A stretch of DNA of 64,000 bases from Octopus bimaculoides (Eukaryota), in contig NC_068984.1 in the NCBI RefSeq assembly GCF_001194135.2, positions 96,979,042-97,043,041 on the forward strand, read 5' to 3'. The position numbers were made by a program, and so were the translations under genes. Shown here piece by piece: positions 38,625 through 53,084 of the stretch (position 1 is its first letter; every line of letters begins with the position of its first letter). The notes beneath the pieces are model-generated. The model made no database searches. It saw only the letters and a program-made list of their open reading frames with translations, and was not told the origin of the DNA.

Positions 38625-39135
38625 TCGCTTGTTACAAGATCATTAGACCACTGATAACGTAAGAGTTACTAGAATAAAATGGACTCTAGACAGAAGACAA
38701 TAGGTGATGATGTACATTAGACTTAAAAGACTGGAGGTCATATTGAAGAGGAAGACTGGAAGGGAATTCCAAAATTCATATGTAAGAGGGAAGAAACTGG
38801 TACTGTAAAGTATTTTACGATACTTAGGAGGCTGCACAGTATACTGACGAGGACTGAATGCAAGTCTAGTTGATTGCTGATAATCTCTTAAAGGAGGAAC
38901 CAGAGAAGAGAGCTCAGCTAAACAATGTCGATGAAAATACTTATAGAAAAGAGACAAGGCAGCCACGCGACGACGATGAGAGAGTGAATCCTAATTAGAA
39001 GATAGATCAGGACCAATAGCAATACAAAGTACGACGTTGAATGTGATCCAACAGAGTTAAACAATCTGTAGGAGCACCTGCCCATATGTGACAACAGTAC
39101 TCAATGCAGGGGCGAATGGTGAATTTATAAAGATA
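38625..39135 (-). mobile_element. 3' end of a CR1/L2-group LINE
   Basis: YKFTIRPCIEYCCHIWAGAP...DHIQRR...RRRVAALSLFYKYFHRHC...SFFPLTYEFWNSLP, the typical post-RT C-terminus; (TA)n at the 3' end. Confidence 0.85.
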
Positions 39136-41944
39136 AATATTTGAAAGAATTTCTCCAAGTTAGATATAAAATAGTCTTTCTGTACTTTAATCTTATTTGC
39201 AGACTGGGGCTACTAATACATTCATAATGTGTGTATGTGTGTCTTCACGTTTTTACTTCCCAATTTTTCCCCAAAAGTGCTATAAAGATTTCCACGTTTT
39301 TACCATTTCACTCTAAATTTGTTTTCTAAATATTTGTTATCATTCCTGCTATCTTCATCTTGTAAAAACTTATTTTAATCTGACATAAACCGCCATTCCT
39401 TAAACTAATCTACCTAACTAAAACCACCGCTAATCTCTTGATTTTCTTGCTTTGTTGTTCCTTGCTTGTCATTGGCTACTTTGATTTATAAACTTACAGA
39501 CAAAAATTAACCCGCGTTTTTGAACTGTTAACAAGTTTGTATTTATACATGTCACAGCTTAGCGCTGTCACCCTCTATATACCTCTCACTTCGTTTGATT
39601 AGTGTCATCTCTCTCTTTCTCGCTGTTTTTCTCTCTTTCACACACACACACACACACACGCACGTCTATCTACTTTCTCTAATCTTGACCAAATTCATTT
39701 GAAGAAAATTTTGCGGAAAATAAAAAACAAAAAAGAATTTTATCATCACCATCACCATCATTGGTGGTGAAGGTGGGGATAGTTATATAATACAACTGAA
39801 ATTATTGAAAATAAGGTATTATAACAAAACATAGTTAATATTTCGCCGTCTTTATCATCGGCATTATTTTCTTTTTCAATTGTGTGTAAAGAGAGACGTT
39901 TATGTTTACGAAAGAAATTAAAGAACATAGCACTCAATATCTGGTTTCATAAAAAATATATATTTGAAGTTGTGATCACAAAGGACTGGATCGGCGATTT
40001 GCATAGGTTCACGGCGAGTGTGTCACTTGATCGAAAATACTGCAAATCAAAAAATTGAACTTCTACGATCAAAGAAAGAAAATCTAATCTAGATCTATGG
40101 TCCCCAAGGAACAACTATTCTGTGATGCCCTTTAGCTGCACTGGGTATGGATTTGTGGCAATAGGTATTGAACTTTCAAGCGGCTGGAAATTGTACAGGA
40201 GGAACCTCCTCCAATAACGGCAATTAGATGATATCTGTAGCTGATTTAATATCTGGAATTTTTCAGTTAGACAAAGCCTGCAATCCACAAACCAGTGAAA
40301 CGTGCAGTGGTTTTATCAACGATGCTTACCATATGTTACTGTAAGGCGTTCAGATTTTCAGTGACTGGAAACCAGTTGGTGGCTAAATTGGTGTTGAGTC
40401 ATTCGTTTTACCTGCAGTACTGGAAGTGTCGTTTAAAAACGTAGTTGCCAAGGTTAATCGTTTGTTCTAACAACCAACATGCATGTTTCTATGTATGTAT
40501 GTGTCTGCCAGGGCATAGGGGTGGGGAGTAGTGTAATAGAAATTGTGTGTGTAATATAATGCAGTGGGGATGGGCAAAGCTGAATCGTTTAATTTCTTTC
40601 TCTTTATTCGTGTTCACGTTCGTTATTTAATATGTCTATTGTTTTAAGATAATAGCTTATTGACGTGACTAAGTGTTCGAGTGGAGAGTGAGAGTGCTTT
40701 GTGTGTGTGTGTGTGTGTGTGTGTATCCATTTTATCCCCCTCCCATTAAAAAAAAAATGCTTTTATATGTACCGGGTTATGTATTTGTGTGTGTGAAGAT
40801 GTGTGCTTGTGCGTACATATGGAAGGGTATGTATGTGTGTGAATGTTAAAGTGCATGCATAAATGTAGAGTTGCCTGTCCATGTATCTATCTTCACACTT
40901 CACCTTCATCAAACGTTGATGTTATTGAGATATACACAAAAAACAAACCAAGGTGTTCAAACACAAACATTGTTATTTTCAAGTACAATGATCAAAAATT
41001 GGACGAAGTTCAGACCTCATTAATATCCAGCTACTATACAAAAAAAAATAATAATAATGTAGTAATTAATGTGCATGTTAATTATATTCTAGGTGGTAGT
41101 GATTGGAGGAGGAACTATTGGGGATAGTTGTGGTGGTGGAAGCAAATGATTGTATAATCTCATAAGAGATGGCGGGGCAGGTAATGTGGTGAGATCGGTG
41201 GTGGTGAGGAATCATTACGCCTATTATGATCGATATCAACATCGTTGTCATACAGTCATTATTGTCACTCGAATAATGTTTTTGATAGATTATGTCTAAA
41301 TAAAAAGACGAGCTGGTCACGGCTGGATCATCTTTCATCACAGGTCAACTATTCAGAGCTCGGGCCACGTACAAAATACGCAAACCATGTTGGCCAAATG
41401 ATGTTAACATCAAGGTATTAAAACAAAAAAAAACACCTAAAACTTAGTGAAAAAAAAATTCCTATTACTATCAAACAGAGCATAGACAAATTCCTCGAAG
41501 AAATATAAGACAAACGTTTTGGATACGTTTTTGTCAACAACTCCTTAAATGAACCCATGACATCCTAAATATGACTCAATGAGCACTACTCAGTAGTGGT
41601 GGTGGTGGTGTCGTCGGCTTTTGAGTTAAGCATGGCCGAAGCATATCATCATCAGTACATATTGTCAAGCTGAGTTTGTGTGTGTGTGTTGCATCTATAG
41701 AAATCCACATCTTACAAGATAGCAATCTGGGAGTCGCACCAATGGATTTCTGATGGTCGAAAATGCCCAGAATTGGCCTTTTTTTTTTTCTTTTTTTTTT
41801 TTCCTTCCTAAGATGTGAATTTTTGCATTAAAAATAATTTCAAACCATAACTTATAACAATTTTCAAGTCGGAGAAATACACCAGCATTTGCAAACACGA
41901 GTCAAGTCCCCTTCTAGCGACGGTGTAAAGAGAGAGAGAGAGAT

Positions 41945-42358
41945 AACAGATTTTTTGAATTTCGTCTTTTTAGTGAGTGACACACAATATAAACGATATT
42001 CTCCGTTTCTCCACAACTAATTTCCAAATTTGCTGAATCCGTTGCTCTACTCATAGCGACATATAGCTGGTCGTGCGTGAACATAGGAGAGAGCAGAAGT
42101 TACCAGAGCAAAAATCCTAAGTGCTGACTGTAGACACGCTTCTTCGCAAACGATCAGCTATTATTTTGTAAACAATGTTACGAAACTGTTCATGTTTTCG
42201 AAAGGAGAGATCTGACTCTCACATCTCTGCGGGAGAAGATAGGCCTCGCTATTCCTCTTACAAAACTTACGTCCGGGTGCCAAATTTGCCTCAATTGATG
42301 ATATTACTCAGGTAATCCTAACTTAATCCCGAGCAAAGCGGGGCTATAGTGCTTGTAG
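41945..42358 (+). mobile_element. Non-autonomous Helitron-like element, 5' boundary uncertain
   Basis: 3' end cccgagcaaagcggggctatagtgcttg resembles the minus-strand Helitron end at 2339-2367; terminal CTAG degenerate. Confidence 0.4.
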
Positions 42359-44129
42359 TAGCTAATGCTGTGTGTGTGTGTGCGCGCGCGCTGGGATATG
42401 TATATGCCTACAAATACACACACACACAATTATCTATCTGCATGCTTATATCTGCGCCTATCTGTTCATCTATATAAATACTGAAGTGTGCCTGTCTATG
42501 TCGGAGTAAAGTGTAAATATATGGTGTGATGAAGATTGCAAACTGTTCATGTTTGTGTCTGTGCATGTATATGTTTGTATGTCTGTTTCTTCTTCTATGT
42601 GTCTGTATGTAAAGCATACTTGTGTGTGTGTGTGTGTGTGTGTTTTAGCGAACCCCTAAGGAAGTTCTGTATTGAAACTTACCAAAATCTGTTGGTAATA
42701 CATCAACATTTCTTTTTTCAAATAAAAACAGCTGCAGTTATCTGTCTAAACAGACCTGTATTGTGTGTGTGTGTGTGTAAACAAACCTGGCTGGTATGTG
42801 TTAACGGGGTGTGTGTATTAACATATATATAGATGTAGGCGGGCTTGACTAGTGTGTCAATGGTGTATGTATAAATACATTTGTGTACATGTGTTTGTTT
42901 ACTATGTATATACGATTGTCTATATTCGTGTTTGTGTACGTGTATTTTTATGTATCTATATGTCTCAAGTTAGCTGTATGTGTGTATGTTGAGAAACAGA
43001 TTTGGCACCGGGTGCTTGATGTGGATGTATGAAGAATAGACGGGACTGGGGAAGGAAATATCTGTGGTGGGTAGTAGCTATGTTAGGGACAAATATGAAA
43101 GAAACGAGGAAGGAAGAGTGGGAAGTAAAGCAAGTAAATAATGAGGGTTGACTAGGGGTGTTTTTGGTGGGTGAAATAGTTTGGGTATCTGTGTACAATA
43201 TTTGTTGGTTATATTAAGAGGGTGTGCTTGATGTGTCTAGTAGTGTAGATGGAATATATCTGCGGAACGTTGAAGGGGAGGAGACAGTTGTGTAATATGT
43301 AGCAAAACAAGGGTGTGAGTGAAGAGGATTGTGAGAGAAAGTTGTGGGATGGCGTTCGTGAGATAGGAAGTAGCTGGAGTATGATTCGGTGATCTGGAGA
43401 AAACATCGTGCTTGAGGTGAGGTTGTATGTGTGTGTTGAATGAAGAAAGGGTTCCGATAGATTATATAAATCAATGGATACACACATTGAATCTTAGTGC
43501 TGAAAGACAGCATGAGAGAATCGAAGATCAATAATGACAGAACTTTGAACTTCGAATTCCTAAAGATCAGTAATGACGGAATTTTGAACATAGGATCGAT
43601 TTTTCGCCTCCAACACCTCCCCATTTCTTCTCACTATTATTCCTTATTACCTGCAATACCAATTCTCAGTTGTCTTAAAGCACTATTCTGCAGGAACTAG
43701 TACAGAGTGATACACAAATTTCAAGTTTAAGGCTCTGTCATTCACTCTTAAATACCAGTGTTGAAGTTTTGCAATAATAATCCCTCTCAAAATACATGCT
43801 AAAGCTATAACAAAAACAGATTAGACAAATTAGTCCTAGAAGCTCTTTTAAAAGATCGGGTGACCATATTAAGAACACTTTGATCGTATTATTCAATGAA
43901 GACTGACTTCGGATACTAAACAGACACCAACAACTGTAACCTTAACTGAAAGTCCGTCGGAATTTGAAATCTGGTCAAATACTTCGATACCTTATAGGTA
44001 AAATTATCGTTATAGTTTCTCTTTGATCTCAAATTACTGCATTCTCACCACACGGTGGTGATAATCATATTTTGATAATATTTATTTTTATGTGCAAACG
44101 TAAGGTGATTGATGTATTTATTTTTATCT

Positions 44130-44250
44130 TTTACTTGTTTCAGTCATTAAACTGTGGCCATGTTGGGGCACTGCCTTGAAGAATTTTCGCCGAACGAATC
44201 GACCCCATTACTTAATTGTATTTTAAGCCTGGTACTTATTTTATCGGTCT
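44130..44250 (-). mobile_element. SINE family B, 3' fragment
   Basis: cttgtttcagtcatt...ggccatgttggggcactgcc...ggtacttattttatcggtctct. Confidence 0.7.
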
Positions 44251-45712
44251 CTCTCTTGTATATGCAGTGTGTGGGTTGTTTAAATATATAACCAGGTGTC
44301 CTTTAAATATATATGCAGTAAACGTATGTGTGTGTGTGTGTGTTTTTGTGTGTGTGAGAGGTGGGGCTACACATGAGTGTAGTAACAGGAGAGATAAAAT
44401 ATTCCACTACTCAAAGTGGCTTGTTTAAATATATGTATGTATACGTATGTATATACCCATACATACACATGCGTGCGCTCACGCAGCTTCAGCGCCCCCC
44501 CCCCCACACACACACACATACACTTATATACATACCAGCTAACGTATGTTTCTACATGGTCGTTCTATCTGCAAGAAGAAGCCAAATTCCTTCTGCAACC
44601 ATAAGAAAGGAAGATCGCGTTAGATAAAATAGCCTAGATCTCACCGTGCCTACAGAAAACAAATAAAAAGAGGGGTTGGTCACGGCAGGAATGCCTTTAA
44701 TGCTTTTAGGTCTGCTTAATAAGAACCGTCATAGTGGTACACACAGTCCATGATAGATGTGCTGAGATGTGTAGAATCTGTGTATGTGTGTATACGTCCA
44801 GCAGGTGCACCAATTTAAGTATAGAGGAGGCGGTGGGTAGATAATTGGATGATAGGTGGACTAGGTTACCTAAACTAACATATGTCATTGAAATAACAAA
44901 TCTGTCCACACTTGGTCCCTTTATTTATTTTCATAACTTCCTACAGGAACTCTTTGCCTTCCCTGCCCAGCACTCATCACTCAATCTTCCTTGCACACAC
45001 TTTCCCCTTCATCTCTCATACATTACTTCTGTCATATACGCTCGGTCCTCTTGTTATACACACACACACACACAGCTTTGCAATAGAGGAGGTAGAAAGT
45101 TGTGACATTTATGATTTATATTACTGCTTGTGTGCACATGTATGTGTGTGTGTGTGTGTGTGTACTTAGGGAGAGTGGCGCCAATTAAAATACTTGAATT
45201 GGTTCTATTTATTTCATTCCTGTGTTTATTTTTCGGTTAATTAGATAATTAGTTAATAAATAAATGTAATTAAATAATTGATTAATTAGTTTTCGTCAAA
45301 GTTGTTTCATCACTGTGTGTAAGACCTTAGCCATGATGCTATATATGCCTCTCATGCAACTCTGTGACCAAACATTTTGTTGTGTTCATATCTCAGTGTC
45401 TAATGGTGAATTTTGTTCATGTTTTTTATTCGTATTTTCAATGTTTTACTTTTAAAGTGCGGTAAATAATTTTTTCTTATGTTAGTGGTGGTTCTATGTA
45501 CGCCTTTGTATATTGATATATATGTATGTATGTATGTGAGGGTGGGTTGCCCAGTTCGCAGGCTATGAAGGAGTGATGCTAGAGATGTGAAATCTTGCTT
45601 GCATTAATTTCAATCAACTCTTATTGCATCGTTTCTTTTCAGGTGAAATGACATCTGACTGTTCAGACAAGACTCCAGAAGTAACTAGTAGTGACTTCCC
45701 TTTTAAATCGAC

Positions 45713-46283
45713 GGATCTATTTTAAAACGGGGGCGCCAGTTTTCATTTATGTTTTATGTAGTGTTTTTGGTACGGAAAGATTTTCAAACTTCGTATACTT
45801 ATCTATTTTGTGTTATAGAACAGAAAAATATTTTTGTATTCGAATTTATTTCATGTAAAAAATTGTCTTATTTCGATAATTTCTACTAATCACTGACGTC
45901 TATTCAGTTGAAAACAGTTAGCGCTGTAACGGTGTATATCGTATTTATCCCCTAACCCGAACCCTAACTAGACTGTTAACCGTAACCGTAACCCTAACCC
46001 TAAAACTAACCCTAACTCTAGAATCCGAAATATGTCACAGGGAATAACATTTTTATGACCGCCCAGCAGTATTGAGCTGAATAGACGTCAGTGATTGGTT
46101 GAAATTACAGAAATACGACAACTTTAACATGGAATAACTTGCGAATTCCTTTTTTTTTTTTTGTTAAGAAGACTAAGAGTAAAAGATGTTTTATATGACA
46201 CATTCTACCAGTGTCCCAAGTTTCAAAGTGTTTCGTTAGTGTTTCGTTAAGAAAATACTGGCACCCCGTTTTAAAATAGATCC
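45713..46283. mobile_element. 571-bp MITE with 8-bp TSD (Merlin-like), inserted at the start of the mariner ORF
   Basis: TSD aaatcgac at 45705-45712 and 46284-46291; TIR GGATCTATTTT(T)AAAACGGGG(G)(C/T)GCCAGT. Confidence 0.88.
45949..46020. repeat. Degenerate (CCCTAA)n telomere-like tract inside the MITE
   Basis: cccctaacccgaaccctaac...ccgtaaccgtaaccctaaccctaaaactaaccctaactcta. Confidence 0.8.
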
Positions 46284-48783
46284 AAATCGACAAATTTTGG
46301 CATCATGGTGTTATCAAGAAGTACCTACAGAAAAGGGTTCAGCTCCTAAGGACATTCATGCTGATATGGTTGCTATCTTTGGGGAAAGACGCTTCAGATT
46401 TTTATCAACAGTACAAAAAGTGGGCAGCTGAAATTAGGAGGTGAAAGCAGTGTCTTGCAACTGCCACCACGAGGAAAACATTGATCGAGTTTAATTTATG
46501 GTGATGGATGACAGGCGATTAACTATAAATCAAGTAGCTAATGTTGTTGTTATATCTCGTATGAAAGTTAAGAATATTCTGCACAATGAACTTGGCATGA
46601 CAAAAGTTTCTTTTCGGTGAGTGCCACGTTTTCTGACACTTGATCAAAAGTGCATCAGGCTGATCGCAACACAGGAAAATCTGACATTGTTTGAGGCAAA
46701 TCCAGCTGGTTTCCTCGAACGTTTCGTAATCCAGGATGAGTGTTGGGTTCATCACTTTCAGCCAGAGACAAAGAGACAATTGATATAGTGGAATCACCCC
46801 TCCTCCAAAGAAGACCAAGATCGTTTCAACTGCAGTGAAGGTGATGGCCTCATTTTGGGGGATGCCAAAAGGCATTGTGTTTCTTGACTATCTTGAAAAA
46901 GGTCACACCTTCAATGCAGAGAACTATGCCAGCTTACTGAACCAGTTACCAGAGATTATCAAACACCCAGGAAAACTTTCGAAAGGGACTTGTTTCATCA
47001 GGACTATGTTCCAGCACACAAGTCCTTGGTTTCAATGGCTGCTGTGCGTGACTGTGTTGAACAACCTCCCGTATCTCCTGATTTGGCTCCATCTGACTAT
47101 CATCTGTTCCCCAACAAGAAAAATACTTTGCTGGAACCAGTATCGCAGTAACTATGACGTCATACCTGTTAATGACTTTTTTGAACGACAGGATGAAAGC
47201 TTCGCCACCAATGGGATCCAAACACTGTAATATCGATGGAAGAAGTGTGTGGACTGCAAGGGAGACTGTCGAAAAATAAACCTCATTTGGTCCAATTCAG
47301 TGAGAGTATTTTGGGCCACCTATGAACCTTTCAGCCGACCTCATAATATGATGATTTGTGTCTGTATGAGGTTTGGGGTTTGTGTTGTACCTTACACTTC
47401 CGACTTCATTACAATTCATTTTGTTTGTATGTTCGTTGCAGTTAAGTTTTCTTTTCGGGCAAGTTTTTTTTTTTTTAATTTTATTGTTTTCTTTTTTTTT
47501 CTATTCTATACATTCGTGCGTGTCAATTATTAGCACTAATAGGCTTGATATATCAATTCACAAATACTTATTCATACTTACATGTTGACACACATAGCCT
47601 TCCCCATGAACACACAGGAATGCACATACATATATTTACGCATATTTACATGCAGTGTCAGTTTGATAGGTTTGTCAGTAATGGTAATATTGCTTATTTT
47701 GTAAAACTGTTAAAGATTGTATTTAAATTGTCAAGTATCATTGTATCTCTCTATATAAATATCTATTTGATTCTTTCACTAATGAAACAAACGGTGAAAA
47801 CTGGAGATTATCAAACGGCCAACAACAAAGTGAGTTTGTTGTTAGCATGTGTGTGTATGTTTAAAACTACGTTAGAAGTGGGGCTACGCATGACAATAGT
47901 TACAGCTTTGCGCTTCACATTTTCGAAAGAAAAGAAAGCGTTACAGCGTTTTTTAGTAGCCGTTGTAAAATTCCAGCTGTAAATGATAACCCGTAATCAG
48001 TGAAAAAGAGGATTTCCCTCCCTCTCCCCACACCAACGTATATATATACTGTGTGTGTAAATACGCATACATATATACATATGTTAACATGCAATTTACC
48101 GTCGTAAAACGGTGGAAATAAATTGTCTTTAAAAATGAAAGTAAATTGCGTTAGTGGCGATATACCAAAATTCCATAAAACGCGTTTGGTATCCGTTGGG
48201 TGGGTTTCCTATGTGGGTCTTGGCAACTTCTATCCTTATGAAATTGTCGATCATTAATCCAATTTTGTTGATTCCATACTCAGACTATAGAAGGGCGATG
48301 GATGTTCTCCATGAAGAAACTTAGGCCCTAATGTGGGAGTAGTGATGATTTATTTATATCATATCTTCATGAGCATGTGTGACGAAACAATTTTAGAAGT
48401 CGAGAAGAATCATTATGAATCTCATATCATGCCTCCTAGCAATATTGTTAAAAAGTGAGTAAATGTTGCAAGACTGGTCCAAGTGAACTCTGTCCTATAG
48501 GTTGACGGAGGACGATATGGAGAGGGTTCTTGCCCTACTGGTCAGGGCAATCGTGGTTTTGTGGAGTCTCCATTAGAAGCTCTAGGATATCTCCTTCCCT
48601 GGGGGAATTAATTCATTGTTATAATTTTATATTGTTACGGGGGGGGGGAGGTTATCTACACATTTTTTATGTAACCCACACTTTATTCTCCTGTACCGTC
48701 CCCAATGTTTTTTGTGAACCTCTAGTAGTTAATAAAGGAAACATTATTATTATTATTATTATTAGTAGTAGTAGTAGTAGTAA

Positions 48784-49335
48784 GGCGATAAGCTGGTAGA
48801 ATCGTTAGCATTTTGGGCGAAATGCTTTGCAGTATTTCGTCCGTCTTTACATTTTGAGTTCAATCAAATTCCGCCGGGTTCGATAAAATAAGTACCAGTC
48901 AAGTACTGAGAACTGACTAGTTACCTTTTTCGAAATTTCAGGCCTTGTGTCTATAGTAGAAGGTCGTAATAAGGCGGCGAGCTGGCAGATTCGTGAGCAC
49001 ACCGAGCATAATTAACGACATTTCGTCCATTTTTACGCTCTTACTTCAAAATTCTGCCGAGGTCGACTTTGCCTTTCATCCTCTCGAGGTCAATGAAATA
49101 AGTACCTGTCCAGCACTAGACTCGATGTAATCGTTTAATCCCCTCCCCTTTACATTTCCGACCTTGAGCCTATAGCAGAAAGAATTATTATATTACTGAC
49201 AGTAGTAGATTATCAAAATCAGTAAAGTACCTGGACGAAATGTTTTGCTGCAGCTGATTATATCTCTTTACGTTCTGAGATCAAATCCCACCAAGGTAAG
49301 CTTTGATATTTCATCCTACTGGAGTCAATAAAATA
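48784..49335 (+). mobile_element. Head-to-tail trimer of SINE family A
   Basis: Copies start at about 48784, 48973 and 49200 (last one decayed), after an (ATT)/(AGT) microsatellite. Confidence 0.78.
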
Positions 49336-51704
49336 TGAACGGCTGGTGTATGTTAACAGTTATATACTTGGGACAATGTACATTTTATACATTGCCGTAT
49401 ATATGATACTGAACTATACTTATATGTTGCCTAGACCTATTAATTTATGTCATGAGGCTTGCTTTTAACCCTGGATCAACCTTGATTCAGCAGACGTAGT
49501 GATGCAGTTTAGCTGGCAAGTTAGCCCTGCTCTCGCCAACCAGTTAATATTTTTCAACCCTAGGTCAACCCTGATTCACCAGACCTATAATAAAGGCATT
49601 CCAACTTTGGCCATACTGTCACTATAGATATCTAGAATTATGTCATCTCTGTGCTTGTGACCGCCTTTTTTGGGGGTGTGAATTGGCGGACATTTCACAG
49701 TTGCTCCTCGTAGTTTGATCAACGAAGAGTCTCTCTTGTTGGTTCGCCAAACTGTCAGCTGTGAGGTGAGAGAATATTGCTGGTGTGCTAGGCAAATACT
49801 GCACACCAACAGTGGCAGTAAACGTGTAAATATTAAACTCGCTATTATATAATCAAAGTTTATAACTGGAAACAAATATTTTTCTGTCTTCCGTTATAAA
49901 ATAATTTGGGAGTTGATCCGCACCACAGTTACCACGATATGACATTGGTTGGATATTGGGGTGCTGGGAGAGTGATAAAAATAAGGAACCGAAAATGAGC
50001 GACATATCACGAGCACACACCCTGTGTTTGCTCAGGTTGAAATGATTGTAGCAATATTTAATGTTGATATTAAATGTCTATAATATAGTTACAGTTGTTA
50101 CTAAATACTTACTGTATACAGTTACAATAGTATGGGATTTTTTAAAGCATATTTTTATTACTGTAATTTGTACGGTTGAACGTTGTGTTGATACACTTGT
50201 AGTGGGTCCCACATACAACTGAAAATGTTTTTGTGTTTTACCAGTTTAACCGGTTTTATTGAAACCAATCGCAATATAATCTGAGACAACAACCATACAC
50301 ACCACCCCTACCCCTATTCAAATGTAAGTGGACTCATCTTAACATGATTTACGAGAGAGCTAGGAGGGCAGCTATAGACTTCCATAATCTTAAATCTGTG
50401 TTCTGCATCTCTCGTCAACATGGGACAGGGCGGCTTACTATCACAGTTATTAAATTAACGTAAATTGATTCGTTTCACGAGGAACATGGTGTGAGGGCTA
50501 TATCTCAAATATACACATACACGCACAAACAAACAAACAAATAAACTCTTACATACGCGCGTGCGCACAATATGTTTCAGCTTTTAGCCAGCTTGTGTGT
50601 TCTCATTATGTATGTCTGAGCTAAACCTTGGGCCTCGTGATTCTACATAGTTGCTAGAAATAGCGCGAAAAAAAATCCAGCCTATGCCAAGTAGCCTTTG
50701 ACCTCACGTTTCTTACAGTGACATATTCCTAGTAGTTTCTTTACCATATAAAACTAATTTAAGCATGTGACCTTTCTATTCAAATTTCTCACACAATAAA
50801 ACAAAGCCGTTCTAACATGTGACCTTTAAGGTTTATAATAAATCCATTTGTTTCTCCTTGGTTCTTCCGTAATAATAGCCATGATTTCAGTTAATTGACT
50901 TGTAAAACATTGAAGTGTGTTGGTAAAATAACAGCCGAAAATTTCGCTGTAATGGGATAGGGTGGGGGAGCGAATGCGTGAATGTCAGAGAGAGAAAGCT
51001 ACCGTTAACGGCCATACCAATTTACTGAGCTTGCTTTATATTATCTTATCTGTTAGTTTAAAACGCTCGATGTAGCTCAACCAAGCTGCAATTGCCAAGT
51101 TGTAAACCAGTAAATAATGACGTTATTTTAAAACAATGCTCATATTTTGTTGTCGTGTCTTGTAATGTCAGTCATTATTTCAAAATGGCGACTGACGATT
51201 TAACTACCACACTCCATCACCACCACCAATCCGTTCTCTATTCAATAACTTGAGAGAGAGTGTGTGTGTGTGATATACTAGACATCGTAGCCTTTGAAGT
51301 TCCATGGTTATTTTGAAAACTATGTTTGTTAGAAGTCTATAAAAGAGTCATGAAATGCAATCTTTTTTTTTTTAACTTGAAATTTTTTTTAGGTTTTTGA
51401 TTCTTGCGGGTAGACTCTTACAACAAAACAACTTTTGAAAACTGTATTCTTAATTACACACTTGTCACCTTTTCTACCTTAAACGTTATCTTTTCTTTTT
51501 ATCGTTATGTCAAGAAGTAAACTATCTTAACTATGGAACAAAATCAAAAATATAGTCTAGCTATAAAATCATTCTGTTATAAGCATAAGCAGGGCTACAT
51601 TTAGCATGTATTGCGCCCTTTTTCATATCAAAAAGTGTGTATGGCTAGACTTGATCTCGTAATCCCAGTAACTGAAGTACAGTAACCTCCACACTGAAAA
51701 CTTG

Positions 51705-51907
51705 AGTGGGGGATATGAACAGTATCATCTACCGTGAAGTATTACACCAAACCGAAACAGTTAATGCGGAGAAGTATTGTTATTATTTGGAAGCATTGCA
51801 CAAAAATTTGCAGGAAAAGTGCATATCATCGATCAACCGCAAGTGGGGTGTTGATTTTGCACGATAATGCAAGACCACATATTACCCAAGTCACTCGAGA
51901 AAAGATT
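51705..51907 (+). pseudogene. Mariner transposase fragment (second family)
   Basis: DMNSIIYREVLHQTETVNAEKYC...GVLILHDNARPHITQVTREKI with a frameshift. Confidence 0.8.
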
Positions 51908-52571
51908 GTATTATTATTATTAAATCACAAGCGCGTGTACACGAATTCCATCTAAAAGTCCACTCCCACGGTATTGTCAGGATGCTGCAATGAGATCGAG
52001 TCACGTGGCTACGGGAGTAGTTTCTTGAGCACGCTGCTATTTTTGCATCTATTTACCGGTCCCTGATGGAATGAAAACGATCCGGAGTAGTTTGAAGTCG
52101 AACTCGGAGCCTATAGACTACAAACTATCAAACGATAGTTTTGTCGCTCAGTTATTTCTGACAAATCACCTCCCTTCCCACATAGAAAATATTGTTTAGG
52201 CCAGAGGCATTCCATAAGAAATTGGTTACTATTTTGGTGGCTCGGTTTTGTCATAATTTGTTCACAAACGATTGTTCACCGCCAGTCCTTTGCTTTCAGT
52301 GAATGTCTTTTATATATTCTAGTATTGTTGATATGGTAGCTGTTGCTTCTGCTGTTGTTGTAGCTATTGTTATAGGTTACTAATTTAACTTTTGTTCGTT
52401 GTTTGGTATTTAGAACAGCTAACCATTTGAATTTTATTTTTCTACATGTGACATACCTATTGAGCTGAAAGCTTTCACACATTACCGCCTGCGTCCAGTT
52501 TGCTGCTTTAATGTTACCATAATATTTAAAAAGAAAAAAAATAACTCAGCTGTTTTTCTTTAATTTCTCTT

Positions 52572-52860
52572 TATGGGTGTGTAGTAAGAAGTTTGCTTCT
52601 CGACCACATGGTTTCGGATTCAATGACGCTGCGTGGAACCTTGGGCAAGTGTTTTCTACTATAGCCCTTGGCAGACTAAAAAGCCTTGTGAGTGAATCTG
52701 GTAGACCGAAACCGAAAGAAGACCGGTGCGTATCCTCCCACCGCTTGTCAACCGGTATTGGTTTGTTTACTTCCCCGTAACTAAACGGCCCGGCAAAAAG
52801 ACGCCGATAGGTTAAGTATCAAACATAAAGAGAACTAATATTGGGGCCGATGATCTGTTC
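52572..52860 (+). mobile_element. SINE family B, decayed
   Basis: gtagtaagaagtttgcttc...accttgggcaagtgttttctactatagcc...ccgcttgtcaaccggtattgg. Confidence 0.78.
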
Positions 52861-53084
52861 GATGACTGAAACAAGATAAAGGATAATATGAGTGTTTCAA
52901 TGAATTCTTCAGCATTTAGTTAGATTTACCAAGTAACATGGCAAAGTTTTGGCTCCTTTCAAATATTGTCATCATTACCTCAGTTCTTTTTTATTTTATT
53001 TTGTGGGATGGTGTATATTGTAAATATGTGGGCGGGGACTTGGGGAGAATATCTAAATTTTGAAACAACCTTCATCATCATCAA

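Larger units (their letters stand above)
45537..47343 (+). mobile_element. Mariner (DD34D) transposon, full-span pseudogene, interrupted by a MITE
   Basis: Degenerate TIRs tgagggtgggttgcccagttcgcaggc and cctatgaacctttcagccgacctca|TA; motifs FLERFVIQDECWVHH, HQDYVPAH, DLAPSDYHLF with stops and frameshifts. Confidence 0.9.

Noticed and set aside
40080-40220. LDLWSPRNNYS peptide resembling the first catalytic motif of hAT transposases
   Set aside because: A single short motif with no TIRs or other hAT motifs nearby.
43214-43487. PDHRII resembling the SDH motif of an APE endonuclease
   Set aside because: No other endonuclease motifs recovered.
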